Assembly (NCBI GenBank): GCA_034679045.1 | Contig: JAXDBK010000038.1 | Location: forward strand, 1-55,648 | Origin: Syntrophorhabdus sp. | GTDB lineage: Bacteria; Desulfobacterota; Syntrophorhabdia; Syntrophorhabdales; Syntrophorhabdaceae | Direction: 5' to 3' | Length of the DNA: 55,648 bases | Shown here: positions 48,001 through 55,648 of the stretch, piece by piece | Numbering within the stretch: the first letter of the stretch is position 1 | Layout of the letters: each line of letters opens with the position of its first letter | The notes under the pieces: model-generated | Told to the model about the DNA's origin: nothing | Seen by the model: the letters and a program-made list of their open reading frames with translations, nothing else | The model's database searches: none | Position numbers and translations under genes: made by a program

Positions 48001-48152
48001 CACTCTCCTGAGGAAAAAAGAAATTTGTACTATTATATATATTTTTGCCGTAGATGACACGGAAAAGAAGGAATATCCGTGGGTTGCCCTTGGCAAGGTG
48101 GAACAAAAACCACAGATGTAAGAATCGGGGCGGAGGTTCGCTGTGGCCTGAA

Positions 48153-48395
48153 TCACTCCATAGTTTCCATGGCCTCCAGCCTGCTGCAACGAACACGTAG
48201 AATGGAAGCAGCAAAACTTTCACGTCTCGTCAAATTGTGTAGCGGGGCTTCCCCTGGTACGTCGAGGGGTCCCTCTACTTCGTCACTGATATCGATGGCA
48301 CAACGCTCGAGGACTTCAAAGACAGAGAAGCCTTCCTTGGTCTCAACGGCTGCCAGTCCATTCTGTAAATTGAGAAATCTTATCCGACCTTTCAT
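48153..48395 (-). CDS. Small hypothetical protein (beta-rich, OB-like N-terminus)
   Basis: GAGG RBS + ATG; MKGRI...NGLAAVET..GFSVFEV; upstream TTGACA at 48441-48436. Confidence 0.6.
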   Translation of the reverse strand: MKGRIRFLNLQNGLAAVETKEGFSVFEVLERCAIDISDEVEGPLDVPGEAPLHNLTRRESFAASILRVRCSRLEAMETME

Positions 48396-48663
48396 TGGAA
48401 ACCTCGAATAGATTTTTTCACGAGCAGGAGGGGATTGTCAACGGTTTTCGATAGGGTGGCGCTGGTTCATATACGGTGGCGGGGCCTTTTGGGAGGGCAA
48501 TATTCTATCCAAAGAAAGCAAAAGCCCTTCACCAAGGCCAAGTTGTCCCCACAAAGCATGGCGCACGGAGCGGATTGTTCGATGCGGTAGGGCTGGGCGT
48601 CAGCGGCCGAAGTGTGTCTGTTCTGGTTTCTTTATGGTGAGTGACCCGGACGGAATGTTGTAG

Positions 48664-48708
48664 ATGCAACAAAACCGGGGAAGGAGGTCCTTCTCGGTTT
48701 TGTTGCAT
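48664..48708. terminator. Strong hairpin, probably an intrinsic (possibly bidirectional) terminator for the gene at 48814-49287
   Basis: ATGCAACAAAACCG/CGGTTTTGTTGCAT 14-bp perfect arms plus inner AAGG/CCTT; T-runs follow the GC stem on either strand. Confidence 0.7.
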
Positions 48709-48813
48709 GGTTTGGGTTTGATTACTTTGCAGATATGGATGCAGGATCAGGGACCTGAGTTGTTCCAGTTGTTTTCTCGCGTGCCCCAGGTTTGCCGGCC
48801 GGTTTAGGTTACC

Positions 48814-49287
48814 TTATTTCTTCTTTGCTGTTTTCTTAACGCTTTTTTTGGCAGTCACTGAATCGGCGATCATTTTGCCATCGGTTTCCGTATATTTTAC
48901 AAGAATCTTGTCGCCGGTCTTGGGCTCTTTTTTCATTGTAGCATCGGTTAGGTCGAAGGTTTTCTCGCCCTTCTTGTTTTTGACTGTCAACATTTTGGCG
49001 GCCATGTCAATGGCGGTGACTTCGCCGGTGAACTGACGTGCTTTCCCCTTCTTGGCTGTTTTCTTTTCTGCTTTTTTGTCAGGTGCAGAAGTGGAAGCCG
49101 GGGCTGGTGCCGGTTCTGTCTTATCGGTTACAGCCTGTGCAGCCTTTTCTCCCATCGCCTTTCCCTTTTCCTTGGCCGTGTCTGTCACTGCCTTGGTGGC
49201 TTTTTCAGTAGCGGTCTGCGCAAAAACACCGGTTGTAAGGGTAACACCAATGAGAACTGCTAGTACGATTACGAAAAATCTTTTCAT
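48814..49287 (-). CDS. Exported Lys/Ala-rich hypothetical protein with C-terminal OB-fold-like domain
   Basis: Sec signal peptide ending VFA-Q; FTGEVTAID...LTVK...GDKILVKY pattern; GAGGAG RBS. Confidence 0.8.
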   Translation of the reverse strand: MKRFFVIVLAVLIGVTLTTGVFAQTATEKATKAVTDTAKEKGKAMGEKAAQAVTDKTEPAPAPASTSAPDKKAEKKTAKKGKARQFTGEVTAIDMAAKMLTVKNKKGEKTFDLTDATMKKEPKTGDKILVKYTETDGKMIADSVTAKKSVKKTAKKK

Positions 49288-49341
49288 TCCGAAACTCCTC
49301 CTCTGTATGGTATTATTGAACTATTCGTTCGTTTTCCAGTA

Positions 49342-49357
49342 AGCATGATTCATGCCA
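49342..49357 (-). promoter_or_regulatory. Putative sigma54 (-24/-12) promoter
   Basis: TGGCATGAATCATGCT on the minus strand, GG-N10-GC spacing, ~55 bp upstream of ATG 49287. Confidence 0.65.
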
Positions 49358-49536
49358 CGGTTACTATGATTCGCGGATCTGCCGGCCCAAAAAGGGGCGG
49401 CAGATCTCATCCCCTCCAATAGACGGGTTAATCCCGTTGACGAAGCCTTATAGTGTCGGATAAATCCTTTGGCATGACTGGTCTACGGGTGTGTGTGGTA
49501 GAAGGTATTGATGATGTCTCGAAAATATATACGAAA

Positions 49537-50679
49537 TTAGTAGAGCATCCGTGAAATGGCGTTTTTCTGTATTCGACCCGTTCCTTCGTATATCGATGTT
49601 ACCCGTACATCCCTGAGTGCCCCCTCAAGTCCCTGGTCCCGCATATAACCATATCCGCCCAGGATATCGATTGATTTGTTTACCACCTGTATAGCGCTCT
49701 CGGGTATGGTTAGTTTTACCATAGACGAGTACTTTTTTGATTCCGGATCCTTATTGTCGTAAAGCCATGCCGCCTTATAAAGGAGGTTCCGACATTTTTC
49801 TATTTCTACGTACATATCCACAAGATCGTGTTCGATTGTCTGAAATTTTATTATGGGAGTACCAAACTGCCTTCTTTTTTTGGCGTACTCCGCTGCCTTC
49901 TCGTAGCCGTAAAGCATGCTCCCGAATGCCTGTGCTGCTATTACTATTCTCCCAAGCTCAAACCCCTCAAGCACCGTCTTCTTGCCTTTGTGCCTTCGTC
50001 CTATTATATGGTCCTTCGGTATTTGAAAATTGCTAAAAACCACCTCACCTGACGTAGTGGTGTTTATGCCCATCTTTTTGCCGAGATCGTTTACCTCAAA
50101 GGATTGCGGGCTATTCTCTTCGATAATCTCTTTGTCAAAAAGGAGGGCCGTCAGGCCGTCCTGATCCCGTGCAAGGACCGTATAGAAATCGGCATAACCT
50201 GCATTAGTCGTAAAGACTTTTGACCCGTTGACTGTGTAGTAATCCGCGTGTTCTTCGACATTGGTAATCATGTTTCCGATGTCGCTTCCGCTGTCGGGTT
50301 CCGTAACGCTTATCGCGGAAATATATCTTCCCTCTATCATCGGGCGGATATATTTGCTCCTCTGTTCCTCCGTGCCGTATATGTCCACGACAAAACCGGG
50401 TATATATCCAAGACTCAGGGCCATTCCCATGCCGGGTAATTTCCTGCACATTTCCTTGACGGCAATCACATGGCCAAGGGCGCCGTACCCAGAGCCCCCG
50501 ATGCCTTCTGAAAATCCAACGCCGATAAACCCAAGGTCCCCGATTTTCCGGTAAAGGTTCCTGGGGTATTTGTGCTCATCTTCGAGTTGTTGGCAGTATT
50601 CCAAGTCCAGTTCCTTTTCGCAGAATTCCCTGACCGCGTTCTCTATATCCTTGAGGTCGTTGCCTATGCTGAAATCCAT
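49537..50679 (-). CDS. Acyl-CoA dehydrogenase family protein
   Basis: SVTEPDSGSD, NGSKVFTTNA, KKMG, RRQFGTPI..FQ, ILGGYGY, IYEGT. Confidence 0.95.
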   Translation of the reverse strand: MDFSIGNDLKDIENAVREFCEKELDLEYCQQLEDEHKYPRNLYRKIGDLGFIGVGFSEGIGGSGYGALGHVIAVKEMCRKLPGMGMALSLGYIPGFVVDIYGTEEQRSKYIRPMIEGRYISAISVTEPDSGSDIGNMITNVEEHADYYTVNGSKVFTTNAGYADFYTVLARDQDGLTALLFDKEIIEENSPQSFEVNDLGKKMGINTTTSGEVVFSNFQIPKDHIIGRRHKGKKTVLEGFELGRIVIAAQAFGSMLYGYEKAAEYAKKRRQFGTPIIKFQTIEHDLVDMYVEIEKCRNLLYKAAWLYDNKDPESKKYSSMVKLTIPESAIQVVNKSIDILGGYGYMRDQGLEGALRDVRVTSIYEGTGRIQKNAISRMLY

Positions 50680-51025
50680 GATCCCCCCTTGCTTGCTTTG
50701 TTCGTTGGTGGTTGTTTCTTTCGAAACACTTGGTAATGTTATGGGTTATACTATAAATAGTTTACCTACGGCAATGCCCCAGCATATTCTTGTGAATGTT
50801 TTCAGTGCGTGAGAAAGGGACTCTTTTGATCGCAATCTTCATCGACTTAGAGGTGCTGTCTGATTAGTGAAGCGTCGGATCATTGAGGCAATGCCTATCA
50901 TGATTACGGAGGAAAAGCACGAGAGGTCAGATGCGGTTAATTGAAAACACGGCATGGTGTCTGTGGATGTCACTTGCCTGTGAACGTACGGTTTCATGGT
51001 GACCCAAGAGCGGTGATAGCCGGCC

Positions 51026-51943
51026 TCAACCGTCCGTCGTTATTCGCCCGATTAGTTGCTTCTTGATCCTTTCGGCTCGGGGCGTTGCAACCTGGCATGT
51101 CCCTACGCGCTCGTGCCCACCGCCGTCATATTCAAGCATCAGCTTTCCTACATCTGTTGTGCTGGTACGATTGATAATGCTGTGACCGACAGTGAATACA
51201 ACGTTTTGTTTCTCCCGTCCCCACATAACATGCATTGAAATGTTGCATTCCGGAAAAAGGCTATAAATGAGAAAGCGATTGCCAGTGTGGATTGCCGGTT
51301 CTTCGCGAAGATCAATGACCGCTAAATTTTTTTCAATGACTGTGCATTTTGTTAGCTGTTGTTTGAAGGCTTGGTTTTGTTCATAGTAGCGTGTCACACG
51401 CTCCTGGACGTCGTGTTGGGCCAAGATTTCTTCTATGGGTAAAGTTTCACACCATTCCACCATCTTGATCATGAGGCTATAGTTACTGATCCGGTAGTCC
51501 CTGTAACGCCCGAGTCCGGTTCGAGGATCCATAATAAAGGAGAGTAACACCCATCCTTTAGGGTCTAGTACCTCCTCGGGAGTAAGTTGGCCGCTATCGC
51601 AGTGGTCCACGTAATCCATCATTTCAAGAAACGTCTCAGGAAATCTCTCTCGCCCGCCGAGATAATCCCAGATTACCCGCGCACAACTGGGTTTCGACTC
51701 GCTGGCACCCTCGTATCTGTAGTCGAACTTGAGGCGATCCTTCTCGCTGGAATGATGGTCGAACCACATTCCCACCCCGGGGACATATGGTACATTGGCC
51801 AGGATGTCATCGCGGGTGACCTGAACGAGTCCATCTTGAACATCTTTAGGATGCACGAATTTCCATTCGTCCATCATGCCTACGTGTTTGAGGAGGACTG
51901 CACTGATAAGGCCGTCAAAATCGGATCTTGTTAGAAGTCTCAT
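51026..51943 (-). CDS. DHH-family phosphoesterase (exopolyphosphatase-related / nanoRNase-like)
   Basis: TRSDFDG, FDHH, DHCDS, C-terminal GGGH. Confidence 0.85.
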   Translation of the reverse strand: MRLLTRSDFDGLISAVLLKHVGMMDEWKFVHPKDVQDGLVQVTRDDILANVPYVPGVGMWFDHHSSEKDRLKFDYRYEGASESKPSCARVIWDYLGGRERFPETFLEMMDYVDHCDSGQLTPEEVLDPKGWVLLSFIMDPRTGLGRYRDYRISNYSLMIKMVEWCETLPIEEILAQHDVQERVTRYYEQNQAFKQQLTKCTVIEKNLAVIDLREEPAIHTGNRFLIYSLFPECNISMHVMWGREKQNVVFTVGHSIINRTSTTDVGKLMLEYDGGGHERVGTCQVATPRAERIKKQLIGRITTDG

Positions 51944-52336
51944 TTATAACCCCTCGCGTCATATGTGTTATCGGTTGAGCTATCGAACCTTCCCTAAGAA
52001 CGGTAAAACAGCCCTGTTGGAGTACCCGGTATAGGGACTATATCGGGTAATTGAGTATGAGGTTAAAAGACGGATGAGAAGTCGAAGGAAGTGCGTCTTT
52101 AGGCGTATGATCTCCTGAATCATTGCGGAGGGGGGCGCAAGGCGGAGCTATGGATGACGGTATAATGCCAGATCTACATGTGGGCAGGGAACAATGAGAA
52201 AGATCTCGGAAGAACCAACGCATCTTGATCTGGGGAATACTGCATTTTGGTAGAAGTGGTGCCGGTTAGTTGCAGACCCCGGCTCCTTGACGGCATTATG
52301 GGCCTCTTTTTGTGATGTGATAATTCATCTTAGAAA

Positions 52337-52464
52337 TTGCGGGTTTGGCAAAGTAAGTGAGAAAGGCACCGCGGGGGTTGAGAGCAGATAAGGAGGGGGT
52401 TTCAGTCGCTGAAGCTTTTCTTATAGGGCAACGGGAATGGCTCAGCCCGTCCCGCGACCCGTAA
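52337..52464 (+). ncRNA. Candidate ~128-nt structured RNA upstream of the tig promoter
   Basis: Hand-folded stems 52337-45/52456-64, 52371-82/52441-55 and 52388-405/52409-24, with several G-U pairs that work only on the + strand; family not recognised. Confidence 0.35.
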
Positions 52465-52470
52465 AACGTA

Positions 52471-52499
52471 TTGATAATTTGGGAAGTTATATGTATAAT
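52471..52499 (+). promoter_or_regulatory. sigma70 promoter of tig-clpP-clpX
   Basis: TTGATA (52471-52476), 17 bp, TATAAT (52494-52499); followed by leader hairpin GCGGTT/AACCGC (52503-52522). Confidence 0.75.
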
Positions 52500-52552
52500 T
52501 AGGCGGTTTAAGGCTCAACCGCTATATCAGTTTCGCATTTCCGGGAGGATGC

Positions 52553-53830
52553 ATGAACGTTGAAGTAGAAACACTTGATCAGGTGAGGAAGAAGATACAG
52601 GTTATTCTTCCGGAAGACAAGATAACAGGGATCAGAGAAGGTATTTACAGCGAGCTGACAAAACAGGCCAAGATCAAAGGCTTCAGGCCTGGGAAAGTAC
52701 CCCGCTCCATCGTTACAACGTATTACAAAGAGTACATTGAGGATGAGCTCAAGAAAAGAATGGTTCAGTCTACCATGGGAGAGGCTCTTGTAGAAGCCAA
52801 GGTGGACCCGGTCACGGAACCGATCATAAACTTCATTGAAGAAGATGGGCGTCATGGTTATGCACTCGAATGCGAGGTTGTACCGGAGATTGATCTGCCA
52901 CTTTATAAAGGGATTGAAGTTGACGTTGAGGCAATTAATGTTACCGAAGACGACGTCGACAAACGAATAGACGGTTTGCAGCACATGCATGCGGAGATGA
53001 TGAATAGGGAAGGGGACGCGGGGGCGCAGAACGGTGATTTTGTTATCATCAAATACCAGGGGTATCTCAATGGTGAACCAGTTAAAGGCGTAGGCACGGA
53101 AGCTTACCCCCTTGAACTTGGTTCCACAACCCTTATGCCCGAATTTGAGACTGCCCTGATGGGAATGAAGATCGGTGAAGAGAAAGAAGTTGAGCTGACA
53201 TTTCAGGATGATTACCCTGATAAGGATATTGCGTCAAAAACCTTGCAGTTTAAGGTCCAGGTGAAGGAGATTAAAGAGAAACGTCTTCCCGAAGTGAACG
53301 ATGAGTTTGCCAAGGATGTTGGTTTTGATGATATGGCCAGCCTCAGAGCAGGTTTAACAGAAGAAATCAGAAAAGAAAAAGAGGCAGCCCAAAAGAGAGA
53401 GGTAGCGCGCATCATCGCAGAGACCCTGAGAAAGGGTGTTGATGTTCCGGTACCGAAAAAACTCCTTGAAAAAAGAGTTCAGGGCATGCTTGGAGATGCG
53501 ATTTCACGATTCAGGGCCGATAGCTTGACTGAGGAGGACGCGCAAAACCTCGAGGGCAACATGCGAAAGGACTTTGAGCCAAGGGCGGAGGATGATATAA
53601 AGACCGAAATTATTCTTGCCAAGATAGCGGAGAAGGAAGAGATTAAGGTTGATGAAGCCGATGTCCAGGAACGGATAAAGATGATGGCGGAACAAACTCG
53701 AAAAAGCTATTCGGATATAGAGAAATTCTACCGCGATTACAACCTGATGGACAATTTAAGGGGAAGCATCATCGAAGAAAAAACGCTTGATTTTCTCCGA
53801 GAGCACGCGGTGATAAGGGAGAAGGCATGA
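52553..53830 (+). CDS. tig: Trigger factor
   Basis: GFRPGKVP signature, FKBP domain, synteny with clpPX. Confidence 0.96.
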   Translation: MNVEVETLDQVRKKIQVILPEDKITGIREGIYSELTKQAKIKGFRPGKVPRSIVTTYYKEYIEDELKKRMVQSTMGEALVEAKVDPVTEPIINFIEEDGRHGYALECEVVPEIDLPLYKGIEVDVEAINVTEDDVDKRIDGLQHMHAEMMNREGDAGAQNGDFVIIKYQGYLNGEPVKGVGTEAYPLELGSTTLMPEFETALMGMKIGEEKEVELTFQDDYPDKDIASKTLQFKVQVKEIKEKRLPEVNDEFAKDVGFDDMASLRAGLTEEIRKEKEAAQKREVARIIAETLRKGVDVPVPKKLLEKRVQGMLGDAISRFRADSLTEEDAQNLEGNMRKDFEPRAEDDIKTEIILAKIAEKEEIKVDEADVQERIKMMAEQTRKSYSDIEKFYRDYNLMDNLRGSIIEEKTLDFLREHAVIREKA

Positions 53831-54411
53831 GTCTGGTTCCTATTGTCATTGAAAAGGATGGTAGGGGTGAGCGAGCCTACGATATATATTCACGGCTTCT
53901 AAAGGAGAGAATCGTCTTCCTGGGGACTTCTATTGATGATATGGTGGCAAATATTATCATTGCCCAACTTCTATTTTTGGAATCGGAAGACCCTTCACAG
54001 GATATTTATCTCTATGTCAATTCACCGGGTGGATATATTACGAGCGGACTTGCGATCTACGACACGATGCAATACGTCAAGGCACCTGTTGTGACCATGT
54101 GCATAGGTCAAGCCGCGAGTATGGGGGCGGTTCTTCTTGCTGGAGGTGCGAAAGGGAAAAGGTATGCCCTTCCTCATTCAAGGATACTGATCCATCAGCC
54201 CCTTGGGGGTGCCCAGGGTCAGGCTACCGATATTGATATCCAGGCGAGAGAAATACTCCGTGTAAGAGAGGAGATTAATAACATCTTTACAAAGCATACC
54301 GGGCAACCGGTGGAAAAGATTGCTGCGGATACCGAACGGGATTTTTTCATGACGGCCGAACAGGCCCTCGACTATGGGATTATTGACAAAATAGTGGAGA
54401 AAAGAGAATGA
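53827..54411 (+). CDS. clpP: ATP-dependent Clp protease proteolytic subunit
   Basis: [19 protein letters not shown] (Ser), IHQP (His), ERD. Confidence 0.98.
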   Translation: MSLVPIVIEKDGRGERAYDIYSRLLKERIVFLGTSIDDMVANIIIAQLLFLESEDPSQDIYLYVNSPGGYITSGLAIYDTMQYVKAPVVTMCIGQAASMGAVLLAGGAKGKRYALPHSRILIHQPLGGAQGQATDIDIQAREILRVREEINNIFTKHTGQPVEKIAADTERDFFMTAEQALDYGIIDKIVEKRE

Positions 54412-55648
54412 CGATGATTAAAAAAAGCAACGGCAGAACCATAAAACTGCACTGTTCTTTCTGCGGCAAGAGCCAGGACGAGGTAAAGAAGCTTATCGCA
54501 GGCCCTATGGTTTATATCTGCGATGAGTGCATAGAGCTTTGCAATGAGATTATTCAGGATGAAGCAAAAAAAGAGCGATTCGATTACATAAAAACCTCGA
54601 TTCCGAAACCTCACGAGATCAGAAGGCTTCTGGATGACTACGTCATCGGTCAGGACTTTGCGAAAAAGGTCCTTTCAGTGGCGGTTTACAATCACTACAA
54701 AAGGATAGAGGCAAAAGCGAATTTCGATGATGTGGAAATTCAGAAAAGCAATATCCTCATGATCGGCCCTACCGGCTCAGGAAAGACTTTACTCGCCCAG
54801 ACATTAGCCAAGATACTTCACGTGCCCTTTACCATTGCCGACGCCACGACGTTGACCGAGGCTGGTTACGTTGGAGAGGATGTTGAAAATATCATTCTCT
54901 ATCTTCTTCAGTCTGCGGACTACAATGTGGAGAGGGCCGAGCGCGGTATTGTTTATATCGATGAGATAGACAAAATATCTAGGAAGACCGATAGTCCGTC
55001 CATCACAAGGGATGTTTCCGGAGAAGGGGTTCAGCAGGCGCTCCTGAAAATCATTGAGGGCACAGTGGCGAATGTACCTCCAAAGGGTGGTAGGAAACAC
55101 CCTCAGCAGGACTACATCAAGGTGGACACGACAAATATTCTCTTCATCTGCGGCGGCGCTTTTCATGGTGCGGAATCAATTGTGGCCAACAGGGTAGGCA
55201 AGAAGAGCATCGGTTTCGGCGTTGACGTCGAAGGTGGGAGGGATAAGCAATACTCCGAGCTGATCAGGGATATTCAACCGGAGGACCTTCTGAAGTATGG
55301 TCTGATTCCTGAGTTCATCGGTAGACTTCCGATCATCGCGACCCTTGGTGAGCTGAGTGAGGATAATCTCGTGGAAATTCTCAAGAGACCACGGAATGCG
55401 ATTGTCAAGCAGTACAAGAAGCTTTTTGATCTTGAAAACGTCAAACTCACCTTTACCGAGGGTGCCCTAAGAGGAATAGCGCGGGACGCAATGAAAAAGA
55501 AAACGGGTGCCCGCGGTTTGCGATCGATCATGGAAAGAGTTATGCTTGACGTGATGTATGATATTCCTGCCTTAACCAATGTCAAAGAGTGCGTACTGAG
55601 CGAGGAAGTTATTGTTGGTCATGACAGACCCATTTTAATTTATGAGGA
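54408..55648 (+). CDS. clpX: ATP-dependent Clp protease ATP-binding subunit ClpX (runs off the window near its end)
   Basis: Translated by hand: CSFCGK...ICDEC zinc finger, [26 protein letters not shown] loop; absent from the ORF track because no stop lies in the window. Confidence 0.97.
   Translation, partial: MTMIKKSNGRTIKLHCSFCGKSQDEVKKLIAGPMVYICDECIELCNEIIQDEAKKERFDYIKTSIPKPHEIRRLLDDYVIGQDFAKKVLSVAVYNHYKRIEAKANFDDVEIQKSNILMIGPTGSGKTLLAQTLAKILHVPFTIADATTLTEAGYVGEDVENIILYLLQSADYNVERAERGIVYIDEIDKISRKTDSPSITRDVSGEGVQQALLKIIEGTVANVPPKGGRKHPQQDYIKVDTTNILFICGGAFHGAESIVANRVGKKSIGFGVDVEGGRDKQYSELIRDIQPEDLLKYGLIPEFIGRLPIIATLGELSEDNLVEILKRPRNAIVKQYKKLFDLENVKLTFTEGALRGIARDAMKKKTGARGLRSIMERVMLDVMYDIPALTNVKECVLSEEVIVGHDRPILIYE

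Noticed and set aside
52368-52462. c-di-AMP (ydaO) riboswitch resemblance (GGGGTT...TAGGGC...GCCCG.CCCG)
   Set aside because: Lacks the 5' GCnGAATCC...GGAGGAACC and 3' CAGCTAAC cores
51944-52552. tRNA gene upstream of tig
   Set aside because: No GTTCRA T-loop or cloverleaf found on either strand

Overview
A mostly housekeeping, gene-dense bacterial chromosomal segment of roughly 50% GC (estimated by eye). Gene content and style suggest an anaerobic Gram-negative deltaproteobacterium/Desulfobacterota, possibly Syntrophorhabdus-like; this is inference only. Core genes are queH, dsbC, lpxK, leuA-leuC-leuD-asd, dgt, valS, gatCA, udg, yihA, pyrE, purF, recG, gpsA, gyrA, truA, an AlaA-type aminotransferase, the carboxy(nor)spermidine dehydrogenase/decarboxylase pair and tig-clpP-clpX (clpX runs off the window). 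Accessory content: a dead IS4-family element with extra terminal-repeat copies beside it, an ABC-2 exporter, a GH57 hydrolase, a HIT-nucleoside phosphorylase-AcuC operon, a CNT nucleoside transporter, tandem HDOD proteins, a split DUF294 nucleotidyltransferase + CBS pair and several orphan envelope proteins. I saw no tRNA, rRNA, CRISPR array, prophage or recognisable defence system. The best candidates for undescribed biology are two ~130-nt rod-like intergenic RNA structures folded by hand (13058-13190, behind a strong sigma70 promoter and upstream of the HIT-PNP-AcuC operon; 52337-52464, upstream of tig), the HIT-PNP-AcuC operon itself, and the DUF294/CBS module fused into the valS operon. 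All are hypotheses that need computation or experiment.
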